64,000 bases of DNA from a virus (IMGVR_UViG_3300029288_000085:80335-144334); one strand, 5' to 3'; shown: positions 38,803 to 48,856, numbered from the stretch's first letter. Numbers and translations are program-made. The notes: generated from the sequence alone by a model not told the origin.

Positions 38803-40710
38803 CTACCTTTTCTTATTTTCTAAGAAGGTCATCCGAAAACGAGGAGCTTGTGCTACTCTAAATGCCATTTCAATAGCATCACAAGCATGATCTGCTGAAT
38901 CATCCTCTCCCGTATAAGTTGTTATTTCTTCCACACATGTTCTATATGACGAATTATATGAATATTTATGTTTATCGAATACTAAAGTACCATCCTTTAA
39001 GAAAGGTACTATACCTTCAAATCTCAATTTCTTATCTTGATAATTATCAATACCCTGAACTGGTATATAAACACCTTGTTCTCTTGATTTCTTCTGGAGA
39101 TCCTTCATAACTACAAATTGAAAGCAATTAGTCTCTACTACAAAAAGTTTATAGTGAAATTCACCATGCTTCTTTAGAATCGCATCTATCTGATCATCCA
39201 CACTTCTAACTTTTTCATCCATTTCTATAACAAAAATATAACCTGTTTCTGGATCTCTTATAAGTGTAACGATACAGGAAGGATCACCCTTTCTACTTTT
39301 TTTACCTAAGCTTAAATCTATTGCACCATAAATTAATCCTTTTTCTGCACCTCTTTGAATTGCATCTGCTATCTTCTTATTTTGTTGGAAATACTCAAAA
39401 TGTAATTCGGCCTCACTAATATATATTTTTGAAGTATCTACTGGAGAATTTTGCTTTTCTGTGATAAAACCACTAGGATTCGAAGATTTATAAACCATAT
39501 TAGCATAATATGTATCACCTTCTGGCCATAAAACCTCAATTCCTTTTAACATCTCTTCTTTATGTTGTTCAAAGAACGCTTTTGCATCATCTTGTCTTTT
39601 TGGATTGAACCTATCTTTAAATAGATTCTCCCACTCATTCCAAAGATCTATATTTTCAGCAAACTTCTCAACAGCCTTAAATCTTGTACTCTTCCACGCT
39701 GGATATTCTTGTGGGTTAAGTAATGAATTTAAAAGTGAATCTTTACCTAAAATTGTTCCTACTACAAAAAAATCTGTTGATGACCCTTCTTCACCACCTG
39801 CAAATAACACTTCTTTATTAAACCACTCATATCTAATCTTATGTCTCTCAACATCAGATTTAACCATTGCATGATTTTCACAATCATCTAAGAGCAGAAG
39901 GTCGGGCCTATGAATACCATACTTTCTACCCCTCACTTTGCTACCTGTACCAAGAGTGAGTAGTTTAACACTATTATTTGTTATAATATCTTCAGTTCTC
40001 CATATTGGCCCCTCACCACAAGCTTCTGGAAAATCTCTTTGCAATTTTTCATTAAGAAGCAATTCTTGTTTTAAATCATAAAGAAAATCAGTAGCCTGAC
40101 CTGCTGTATCTGATATCATTATTATAAACTTCTTTTTCTGATAACAGATACACCACAATGGCATGATGCAACTTACAATTGAACTTTTGCTATTCGCCCT
40201 TGGCGCAGCAATTGCCCATTTTACACCATTAGGATATCGGTTGATGTCTCTTGAAAGTGTGTGATATAAGAATTTATGGAATCTGCTACTTGGTTTCTTT
40301 AGGAAGTGGGGAAAGTATCTTATAGCAAAAAGATAAAGATCATTTTTACATAATAACTTCAGAACTTTCAAATCAGCAGGAGATAAATCATGTTCATCTG
40401 ATTCAATTGCTCTAGGGGATTCTGGAAATACTCTTTCCATATCCCCAGGAGCATGTTTTGGAACTTTTATAATCTCAGATTCATTATTTTCCCAGAACTC
40501 TTTTTCCTGATCAGTTTTATATTTTATCCTCTCATCTTTAGTGTTTTGCCACTTATAAGAGGCTATTTCTTTATAATGTTCAGTTTTGGCAGCTTCAAGT
40601 TCTTTCTCATCAAAATAGGTAACTAGATAATCCGGCAATCCACCTTCAAATTTCTTATCAAGTTCTACCCGTTCGGATTTAATCTCCTCCACTGTCTTCT
40701 TTTGTGACAT
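38803..40710 (-). CDS. terL: Terminase large subunit
   Basis: Walker A APRANSKS, KVRG...RPDLLLLDD.E, VVGT; nuclease AID, VETN, DHACDA. Confidence 0.92.
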   Translation of the reverse strand: MSQKKTVEEIKSERVELDKKFEGGLPDYLVTYFDEKELEAAKTEHYKEIASYKWQNTKDERIKYKTDQEKEFWENNESEIIKVPKHAPGDMERVFPESPRAIESDEHDLSPADLKVLKLLCKNDLYLFAIRYFPHFLKKPSSRFHKFLYHTLSRDINRYPNGVKWAIAAPRANSKSSIVSCIMPLWCICYQKKKFIIMISDTAGQATDFLYDLKQELLLNEKLQRDFPEACGEGPIWRTEDIITNNSVKLLTLGTGSKVRGRKYGIHRPDLLLLDDCENHAMVKSDVERHKIRYEWFNKEVLFAGGEEGSSTDFFVVGTILGKDSLLNSLLNPQEYPAWKSTRFKAVEKFAENIDLWNEWENLFKDRFNPKRQDDAKAFFEQHKEEMLKGIEVLWPEGDTYYANMVYKSSNPSGFITEKQNSPVDTSKIYISEAELHFEYFQQNKKIADAIQRGAEKGLIYGAIDLSLGKKSRKGDPSCIVTLIRDPETGYIFVIEMDEKVRSVDDQIDAILKKHGEFHYKLFVVETNCFQFVVMKDLQKKSREQGVYIPVQGIDNYQDKKLRFEGIVPFLKDGTLVFDKHKYSYNSSYRTCVEEITTYTGEDDSADHACDAIEMAFRVAQAPRFRMTFLENKKR

Positions 40711-41191
40711 TTTTCAGTTTTGCCTCATGGCTTTTCTTTATTAAATCGGATAACTTCTTTCCAATTTCCGAATCTACCTTTTCAGGTTCATAGGTATTTA
40801 TTTGCTGGTTGATTTGCGTTGTAGGTGTACTCCTAACGGAATCCAATCCATACAACTGCATTCTCAGTTTAAGAGAGTCCATCCAAGCTGCAAAAAACAT
40901 CTTAGCTGATTGAGCCTTTTCTTCATCCCTAAACTTCATAAATTGTGTTCTTGCTTCATTGGATGCTTCCAAAGCCTCAAGGTATATTTCCTGTCGCTTT
41001 TCAGCTATTTCCTCTTTACTAATATCGGAGAGTGCTAATTCGGCAATGTACTTTTCATATCTTTGTACTGTCCTGATAGGAATATCCAGTTCTTTTGATA
41101 TCTCACTAGATTCTTTCCCTTCATCTAATAGATCTTTTACTTTTTTTAGTCTATCATACCGTTCAACTAAAGTTACTGTTCCTGTTGCCAT
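40679..41191 (-). CDS. Probable terminase small subunit (HTH)
   Basis: SSEISKELDIPIRTVQRY HTH; ...LYGLD...; overlaps terL start. Confidence 0.65.
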   Translation of the reverse strand: MATGTVTLVERYDRLKKVKDLLDEGKESSEISKELDIPIRTVQRYEKYIAELALSDISKEEIAEKRQEIYLEALEASNEARTQFMKFRDEEKAQSAKMFFAAWMDSLKLRMQLYGLDSVRSTPTTQINQQINTYEPEKVDSEIGKKLSDLIKKSHEAKLKNVTKEDSGGD

Positions 41192-41388
41192 AGTAACCCT
41201 TTTCCTTTTTCTACTGCAAATCTAGTTATCATTGCCAATGAGAAATCAGTCAGTACATGGATAATTATATCCTTTGTTAAATCATCTGCTGTCTTAAACT
41301 GCTCATTATTCTGTACAACCAAACGAGCTATTCCCTCTATTTCATTTCTTATGCTCATAAAATACCATCTCTCTATAAAACTAATCAT
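41173..41388 (-). CDS. Hypothetical protein (start possibly at MSIRNE)
   Basis: ORF track. Confidence 0.5.
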   Translation of the reverse strand: MISFIERWYFMSIRNEIEGIARLVVQNNEQFKTADDLTKDIIIHVLTDFSLAMITRFAVEKGKGLLWQQEQ

Positions 41389-41400
41389 TCAGATGACTTG

Positions 41401-41643
41401 TCATCCTCTATACCATTCTTCATCAACAACTGTAATGCTCTTGAGAATAGTTATTGGAACGTAGGCTTTTAGAATAGTCTTTCTGCTAAAAAATGACTTA
41501 GGTTTATCACGGAACTCAATTCGTTGATACCCATTTAGTTCATCATTGAAAACTTCAACAAAGTCAGCAGTATACCATTCCTTACTTCCATCTGTGAGAT
41601 TAACTTCCCAAACAATCATGGCTTGGCTTCTCCTCTTCCTCAC
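41401..41643 (-). CDS. Hypothetical protein (likely start at MIVWEV)
   Basis: ORF track; GAGGAG RBS before MIVWEV. Confidence 0.55.
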   Translation of the reverse strand: MRKRRSQAMIVWEVNLTDGSKEWYTADFVEVFNDELNGYQRIEFRDKPKSFFSRKTILKAYVPITILKSITVVDEEWYRG

Positions 41644-42007
41644 AAAAACAGATTACCTTCTGTTTAAACTTCCTATTCCCAAATGCCCTTTTCAACCTGT
41701 CTTTGGCCCTACGCAAATGTGTCTGTACTGAACTTCGACTTATCCCCAACATTTTGGCTACTCTCTCTTGAGTCCTTCCTTGAAGATAAATGATTTCAAC
41801 TATTTGCTTCTGCCTACCTGTCAAATGAGAAAGTAAATCTTCTAATCCGACTTCATCCAATTTAGCATTATCATATGCATCTGCCATATTATAAGTTTCA
41901 GAGTCAAAAGTATCTACGTTGGTACAGATGTATTTCCTTGGTACATAATCCTGATTTACATATTCTTCTCTCTCACTAGGAGTTAAATCATCCCATGATG
42001 GTATCAT
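41600..42007 (-). CDS. Sigma70 region 4-like HTH transcription regulator
   Basis: LTGRQKQIVEIIYLQGRTQERVAKMLGISRSSVQTHLRRAKDRLK. Confidence 0.8.
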   Translation of the reverse strand: MIPSWDDLTPSEREEYVNQDYVPRKYICTNVDTFDSETYNMADAYDNAKLDEVGLEDLLSHLTGRQKQIVEIIYLQGRTQERVAKMLGISRSSVQTHLRRAKDRLKRAFGNRKFKQKVICFCEEEEKPSHDCLGS

Positions 42008-42663
42008 AACTTTTTACCCACCCTCCTATAGAGAATATCTAATTTGTTATCCATAATCACCTGATGAAATGCTATTCCTAAACTTTTCAACACACCATTA
42101 TTATTATCTCTATGTGGTAATCTTAAATATGATGATACAGCCGCTACTAGATTATGAATAAGCAAATATTTAAGGTATGGTGGTGAAAATATATCATCAT
42201 ATTTTCTTTTTGCTATTCTTATTTCACTTAAAGCTGTATTAAATGAAGATTGTAAAGAACCTTCCTTAAAATCATATGGGAATGTAACTTTCACATTGAA
42301 TCCTATTATATTTAATCTAGGTGGAATAGATAATTGTCTATTTCTTAAATAAAGATCATTTTCAAAGAGAATTTGTGACATTCCTACTGCTAATCTATCT
42401 ATATCATCTTCATAATTATCATAATTGCTTAAATGTCCATCACAATAGGTATAATCTATTGCATGAACTATCTCATGCATTAAGGTGGCTAGAACTTCCC
42501 TTTCAGGAATTATTATATTTTCTGCTCTATCTTTACCTTCAATTTTTATTATATTTTCGTATTTGCCAAAACATCCTTCATAGTCTACGTCTATAAATCT
42601 GTATGGAAATATAACTTTAATGTCAAACCCACAGATTTTTATCTTTTTCGGTAGTTTTATCAC
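42004..42663 (-). CDS. Tandem phage zinc metallopeptidase-like protein (HEXXH)
   Basis: TLMHEIVHAI in domain 1; degenerate LLIHNLVAAV in repeated domain 2 (LPKKIKICGFDIKV.FPY / IPPRLNIIGFNVKV.FPY). Confidence 0.65.
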   Translation of the reverse strand: MIKLPKKIKICGFDIKVIFPYRFIDVDYEGCFGKYENIIKIEGKDRAENIIIPEREVLATLMHEIVHAIDYTYCDGHLSNYDNYEDDIDRLAVGMSQILFENDLYLRNRQLSIPPRLNIIGFNVKVTFPYDFKEGSLQSSFNTALSEIRIAKRKYDDIFSPPYLKYLLIHNLVAAVSSYLRLPHRDNNNGVLKSLGIAFHQVIMDNKLDILYRRVGKKL

Positions 42664-42832
42664 CCCATTACCCCAATAGCTTTTCTACCCAGATAACAAT
42701 TCTAGGCCATGCATATTTATAAAATGCAACTCCTACAGCAACTCCTACAATAAAAAGAAATCCTCCCATCACATAATCACCTCCAAAATTGCTGGAATAT
42801 AAATAAGCATCCAGTGTGTATAACATAATAAT

Positions 42833-43015
42833 CTATTTATCATAAATTGCTGCCAATATAGTCATGGTTATGATAAATACTACTACGACTAACCCTATCC
42901 CAAAAGACACTATAGTGGGAAGAAGGACTAGAATCCAGGGCCAAGTGATAGTCCCCATCAACTTTGCAACGACGAATATAATCGTCAAAATGTTTAACAC
43001 TCCAATTTTTAGCAT
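42833..43015 (-). CDS. Small membrane protein
   Basis: LTIIFVVAKLMGTITWPWILVLLP, a common phage transmembrane motif. Confidence 0.7.
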   Translation of the reverse strand: MLKIGVLNILTIIFVVAKLMGTITWPWILVLLPTIVSFGIGLVVVVFIITMTILAAIYDK

Positions 43016-43042
43016 ATGTTACTCCTGAATTAAATTTCTATC

Positions 43043-43391
43043 AATATAATCATTCATACAAATTTGTCAAGGGGTTTGATAAAATAAATTACCACCCGTC
43101 ACAACTACCTGGCACAATTTGTCACAATATGGACAATTCTGGAAGAGGTGGAATAATCACACAAGCCGTAAAATACCATCCGCAATCACACTGGATTGAT
43201 AATCCACATCCTCAAGTCTTATTTTCCCAATCCTTATTATCACCATATTTTTCTTTTAGTTGTTTAAAATCCATATAATATCTCCTAATAATTCTAATGA
43301 ACCATTGTGGATGACTGACGAGCAAGGGGTGAACTTTTTTTGAAAAAAGTGCTATCAACCCCTTGACAAAGGGGGGTAGGATGATTAACTT
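43043..43391. promoter_or_regulatory. Divergent sigma70-type promoters
   Basis: Leftward CCCCTTGACA at ~43074-43065 with TATATT -10; rightward CCCCTTGACA at ~43359-43368 with TAACTT -10; a third CCCCTTGACA points leftward at ~46032-46023. Confidence 0.6.
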
Positions 43392-43515
43392 AAAGGGAAA
43401 ACACAGAGGATACAATGAGAAATAAAACTTGGTATTGGAAAATATGGTGGTGGTTTGGATATCATGGTTTGTACCAAATAAACTGGTGGTTAAGAAGAAA
43501 AGGATGGATTAAATA

Positions 43516-43887
43516 ATGAACAACATACCGTGGTCAGAATTTAAACATATACAAGGATCTGAAATATGGCCTTCTCACAATCCAGCAGATTCACCGTTTG
43601 ATAAATTTACGTGTATTCACTGTGGGGAAATCCTACATATCTTAATGTATGGGTCAAGATTTATATGTGAATCTTCATTTGAACAGAAGGCGGAAAGAGA
43701 ACTAATGAATCATTTAAATTGCTGTGGGGAATTTCAGTCAGTTAAAGACAGGAAGAAGTATTTTAAACCAGACGGTTCTTGTACAAATATCTGTCCATGG
43801 GGATATGGTGTTGTAATATCTACTGAATTGTGCATTGCATTGCCAGAGTGTAAAAAGGAGTTTGGGGGTAAAAATGATCTGTATTGA
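43516..43887 (+). CDS. Cys-rich hypothetical protein
   Basis: ORF track; CxxC motifs. Confidence 0.55.
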   Translation: MNNIPWSEFKHIQGSEIWPSHNPADSPFDKFTCIHCGEILHILMYGSRFICESSFEQKAERELMNHLNCCGEFQSVKDRKKYFKPDGSCTNICPWGYGVVISTELCIALPECKKEFGGKNDLY

Positions 43888-44060
43888 CACAGAGGGAATT
43901 CAGCATAATATCTCTTTTGGAAAGAATCTAGCTGGAATAACCCCCAGATTCATAAGAATAGAAATTAATCCAAAGGATATATTAACATATAATCATTTTA
44001 AATATATGCTAGAACATGTGTTTAATGCATTAGCCCCAAATGGAGAATTAGTTATAAAAA

Positions 44061-44645
44061 GTGAGAGTATTAATAGCCTGTGAATTTTCAGGTATAGTAA
44101 GAGAGGCATTCAGAAAAAGAGGGCATGATGCATGGAGTTGTGACTATCTTCCTACGGAAATACCAGGAAATCATATTCAAGGGGATGTTCTATCTATTAT
44201 AGATCAATCTTGGGATTTGATGATTGCCCACCCACCATGCATCCATTTGGCAGTATCCGGTGCAAGATGGTTCAAAGAGAAGATGAAAGAACAGGAAGAG
44301 GCTTTAGACTTTGTCAGGCAACTTCTCAATTCCCCAATTCCTAGAATAGCACTAGAGAATCCGGTAAGCGTAATCTCAACCAGAATAAGAAAACCAGATC
44401 AGATTATCCAACCATGGCAATTTGGGCATGATGAAAGTAAGAAAACATGCTTATGGCTGAAGAATCTTCCATTATTGAAACCAACTAATATCATATTGAA
44501 AGACAGGTATTCAAATCAAACTCCATCAAAGCAAAATAAGCTAGGCCCATCACCAAACAGATGGAAGGAAAGAAGCAGGACATATACTGGAATAGCAGAA
44601 GCGATGGCTGAACAATGGGGGAGTAAATCACCAACCATCACCTAA
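44061..44645 (+). CDS. DNA cytosine-C5 methyltransferase (short phage type)
   Basis: VLIACEFSG, WSCD, IAHPPC, ALENPV, QPWQFGH, K.TCLW, RS.TY.GIAEAMAEQW. Confidence 0.85.
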   Translation: MRVLIACEFSGIVREAFRKRGHDAWSCDYLPTEIPGNHIQGDVLSIIDQSWDLMIAHPPCIHLAVSGARWFKEKMKEQEEALDFVRQLLNSPIPRIALENPVSVISTRIRKPDQIIQPWQFGHDESKKTCLWLKNLPLLKPTNIILKDRYSNQTPSKQNKLGPSPNRWKERSRTYTGIAEAMAEQWGSKSPTIT

Positions 44646-44678
44646 AATAACCTAATTTGGCTGAAAGCTAGGAAAACT

Positions 44679-45322
44679 ATGAAAATAAGCACTTTTATAA
44701 GAGAAAAAATAGCCAATTTCCAAAAAACCATCTGGGAGAAAATTTCATTTTTAGCCCAGAATTGCACAGATGAGCAGAAATTGCAACTACTGAAGAAAAT
44801 GGAGGCATATGAAAAACGAAGCAAATTGAAGCAAATTGAAGATAGGAAAATTAGAATACCATTTCTATTCTAATAACCAAAAAGGAAATTTTCTAAGGAG
44901 GGATTATGTTAAATTGGTTACGCAAACGACTTTTTCTCAGTGATCATGAATGGAAGAAGAAGAACTGTCCAACACTATACAACTACCTTTTTGAACTGAA
45001 TGATGAAGAACGACATTCTGTTTTTGAGAAAATCGTGGAAAACAGTAAACAGAATAGAGTCTGTCCTACCTGTCATGGGATTTATTGGGATGAAACCTGT
45101 CCAGAGTGTTCAGGTAGACATTCTTGTGGAGGATATGAGATAAGGCTAAAGTAAATTTTTTTGTGAAAATTTTTTGGGGGATGAGCCATGTATATAGAAG
45201 AGATAGGGGCTATTTTAGCAGAAATAGCAACTATTGTAGGAGAAATAGTAGTAATATTACTTATAGTAGGATTATGTATAGCAGGTATATTAGGGCTTAT
45301 TAGACTATTTGAAAAGTGGTAG
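44679..45322 (+). CDS. Three small hypothetical genes (44679-44873, 44906-45154, 45188-45322; the last is a membrane protein)
   Basis: ORF track plus manual translation MYIEEIGAILAE...IRLFEKW. Confidence 0.5.
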
Positions 45323-45386
45323 TTATAATTTTATATGAATATGGTTATGGGGGTAGGTTGCCCCTTTTCTCCCTTGCGAGTCAACA

Positions 45387-45971
45387 TGCAAGTATCGTGC
45401 CAGGGCAAATTCTCTAGTGTTATCCACTATTTAGCTATTCACATATTCAAAATACTCAATTCCCTAATCATATCAAGTGCTTGTGTCCATATGGCATAGT
45501 CTATGCATACATGCATAGGGTGTGCCAATGTAACTTGGTTGTTGCACTCACAAACAGTATGGCATAGTATATGCATAAAGCTTACTTTATATCCTAATAA
45601 CAGATAGTTATATCCATACTAAGATCGTATGACTTACCTATCAATAAATATGACATATACCTGGATATGGTATGGTATATGCATAGTCAAGAACTATGCC
45701 ATATCAAAACCATACCATATCACTAGGACTATTCCCTGTATGCATATACCATGCCAGTCTATTCCCTAGCTATATCCATCGGTTAAATCCATACTAAGAT
45801 CGTATGACTTACCTATCAATAAATATGACATATACCTGGATATGGCATAGTTTTTGACTATGCATAGACTATGCCAAATAGACCTGGGCCATGCATAAGT
45901 CATGCCAATACTCGATTATGCCCTGGTGAGCATTGGCATAGTCCTTGATCCGTAGTCATATCAGCAAGTTA
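45387..45971. promoter_or_regulatory. Non-coding array of 11 sigma54-like -24/-12 boxes with IHF consensus sites
   Basis: TGGYA-N8-TGCA boxes on both strands, e.g. TGGCACGATACTTGCA (45402-45387); IHF-like TATCAAGTGCTTG at 45471 and TATCAGCAAGTTA at 45959. Confidence 0.7.
45612..45845 (+). repeat. 59-bp exact direct repeat (45612-45670 and 45787-45845)
   Basis: atccatactaagatcgtatgacttacctatcaataaatatgacatatacctggatatgg occurs twice. Confidence 0.9.
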
Positions 45972-46262
45972 CCTCATACAATATATGGTGGTTCAAAATG
46001 ATCCTATACAAGGGCTTTCCTGTGTCAAGGGGTAAAAGCATAACAAAATTCGTCAATTGTACGATTTATTTTGACAAAATTGGGCATAGTTGACTAGTTT
46101 AGCTCAATCTAGCATGTATAACATACTATACTAAAAAGAGAGGGATTAAAAAGGCCTATGCTGAATACATAGAGTAGAGACACTGAGAAAAACTAATGAC
46201 AGGCGAAATTAAATCACTTGCTAATCAAAGCAAAATAAATCTTACGAAAGGAAAAAAAGATT

Positions 46263-47808
46263 ATGAAAGCAAAAGCAACGAGGAAAGAAGAACTAGCTGC
46301 AAAGATAATCACTACACTGTCAAAACACTCAGCCTTTACTGTAGATAGCTTTGTTGCTGTAGCCGCAAAAAAGACTCTACTGTCTTTGCCAAGTTACCAA
46401 ATTTCAAATCTCTATGCTATGATTGTACTTGGTGATATGGATAGAGTCATTGATCTAATGTAACTAAAAAGGGAGGATGAAAATGGCTACAAGTAAATCA
46501 TATGACGTATGGTTAAAGGAGCAATTAATTGCTGAAGAGAAAAGACACGGACATTTGATCCGATGGCTTAATAAGCATTACCAAACAGTGTGGAAAGAAT
46601 ATAACAACCATCTACTGTATGAATTAATCACTGGAAAGGAGGATGAAAATGGTTAAAATTTATATCTTAGGACGTTACAGTAAATCGATCATTTGGCAGT
46701 CTGTATATTTACCAAAAAGTCAGGCAATTGGCCTTTCAAAAGCTTACCGATTGCTAGTACCCAAAGAGTATGACGTTAAGGTCGGTTGGTAAACATGAAA
46801 CCTCTATCCCTCAGCCTGCAATTATACCGAGAACATTATCTTTGTTCTCTTCACATTTATTGCAGGCTACTGGATATAGGTTTCAATCGTAAGACTGCGA
46901 AATGGATTGCCTTAGCAATCGGAAACGACCCTATTAAGAGGAGTAAAGAAAATGGACACATTGAAAGACCTTGTTATCAAAGAATTAGCCACACAACGAC
47001 AGTTTAGACGCACCTATCTAACTAATGGATTGTCTTGGCAGATTGCAGCACAAGATTGTGAAACCTTGCGCTATTTAGTAGCACAAGAAGCAAACAAACA
47101 AAACGTTGACAAGAGGATAGTCTATAACTTGAGGTTGTATTAGTGACTAGTCAAGATTGCAGATTACTCTTAACAATAGGCCATAGACGCAATATTGTTA
47201 TGTTATGGCCTATGATTAAGAGTACCTTGCTAAACGTAATCAGATTGCAGGATTTAATCATTCTATGGCAATGGAGGGAAAAACATCATGAAACCTAGCA
47301 TACTAGAAAACGAAAAATGTCCTGCCTGTGGCAGAATAGAAACCATATCGCTTGCAATAGGAAATACCCCTACAGTTATTTGGTGTTGTTGTGGCCAAAT
47401 AACTGTATATATAAGCTTAGGACAAAAAGCAGAAATATGCAGAGCATAAATATGGAGGGAAAAACATCATGAAAATATGGTTATATAAACCTATACGTGC
47501 AAGGAAATGTTTTGGCAAGGTTTACACTGACTTTCATCCTTGCAAGGACAGACTTACTGTATACATTTTCGGTCTTATACTTCAAATAGATTGGAGGAAA
47601 ATGCATCATGAAACGATATGAATTGATTGATCGAAAACTAGCTAGACTAGAAAGCCTGTCTCGTATCTTAAAAGGTCTTAAACCTTCACAAGAACGCTAC
47701 AGACTTATGGCTGTTATTGGAAACCAAACAAAGGCACTGAATAGACTATTGCAAGACAGTAGTTTTTTTCGTGCGAAAATGCTTTTTTGCTTGACAAAAC
47801 AAGGTTAA
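46263..47808 (+). CDS. Run of very small early genes (e.g. 46263-46463, 46483-46656, 46649-46792, 46952-47143, 47608-47808)
   Basis: Short ORFs of about 45-75 aa, mostly with strong GGAGG-type RBS. Confidence 0.6.
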
Positions 47809-47873
47809 AGCCTTATTTTGTATATGGATCACATTAGTGATCCTAATTCCAAACAACGAGGTTTAAAGAGAGT

Positions 47874-48476
47874 ATGGCAAAAGACATCATTAAGAAGCAC
47901 GACACCGTTAACCTGGAAAACAAGGTTAACAACGGAACCGAAAACCTTTCAACCACACAAACAGAAGTAAAGACCTTGACTGAAGAGGAAGTCAAAGTCA
48001 AAGCCGAAAAAGAAGCAGCCGAAAAGATCCGGCAAGACGCTGAGGGAAAATTCCAGGCTTATATGGCCGACCCTACTAAGGGCATGGCAGCGTTTTCGAG
48101 AGATTGCCCGAACTATCTTCCATTGATCGTCGGTATGCTTATGCGGGGTGAAAATCCTGCTATCCTGCGCAAGACAATGGACGTGGTGCAAGAGGAAAGA
48201 AACATTCACGTTGAAAAGGAAAACGCTGCAAAGATGACTCTGTTTTCTGCCATTTCTGAACGTGTGTCTGGATTCATGAAAGATCACGCACGCACGCTTT
48301 TTGACTCTATGGCCGATGGAAACAAGGTCTCTTTCATGGCAGGTGACGGAAAGCGCAAAGACTCTGACATGAATATCCTCACTCCATACTCTGACAAAAA
48401 GGTGATCCGAACGAAAGTTCAATTCATCCTTGAATTGATCGACGCACCAAAGTCTCTGAGTCAGACTGTCAAGTAA
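47874..48476 (+). CDS. Probable highly expressed early protein
   Basis: Own TTGACA-N17-TATTTT promoter (~47791), visibly higher GC content, followed by a terminator. Confidence 0.7.
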   Translation: MAKDIIKKHDTVNLENKVNNGTENLSTTQTEVKTLTEEEVKVKAEKEAAEKIRQDAEGKFQAYMADPTKGMAAFSRDCPNYLPLIVGMLMRGENPAILRKTMDVVQEERNIHVEKENAAKMTLFSAISERVSGFMKDHARTLFDSMADGNKVSFMAGDGKRKDSDMNILTPYSDKKVIRTKVQFILELIDAPKSLSQTVK

Positions 48477-48504
48477 GTTCCTACCTCATTTCCTCTTCTT
48501 ATAG

Positions 48505-48540
48505 GGTCACTGGGTATAAAAGCTCAGTGACCTTTTCCTT
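48505..48540 (+). terminator. Intrinsic terminator
   Basis: GGTCACTGGGT-ataaaa-GCTCAGTGACC followed by a T-rich tract. Confidence 0.75.
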
Positions 48541-48856
48541 TTTATAGAGAGTCATACTTTTTGCCTTTCGAGGTTTCTGCAATGCTTACCAGGTATGTTA
48601 TGCAAAGCCTATGCCACATTTTTCTATCCAAGCAAAAAAGCATTAAGTCGCTAAAGAAGGTTAACAACAATAACCTTAAAATTATATCAGAAAGGCTTAA
48701 TGCTTTTTTGCTTGTATAGAATTTTAGATTTACATTTTCAGTGTAACCATTTGTATTATAATGGTTTTTTAGCGGTACAAAATTTACTGAACAAAATCAG
48801 GGAGTTAAACTATGTGTAAGAGATATTACGATGATTACTGCTCAGTGAGATAAATT

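Noticed and set aside
3756-42596. Numerous short plus-strand ORFs in the late region and short minus-strand ORFs in the early region
   Set aside because: They lie antisense within well-supported genes, lack RBSs and have the hydrophobic composition typical of AT-rich shadow frames.
45340-45380. Physical genome terminus at the G-run/C-run just before the sigma54 array
   Set aside because: Plausible from gene layout but cannot be supported without read-coverage data.
45387-45971. CRISPR-like array
   Set aside because: Repeats are ~16 bp, degenerate, in both orientations and irregularly spaced; there is no repeat-spacer periodicity and no cas gene.
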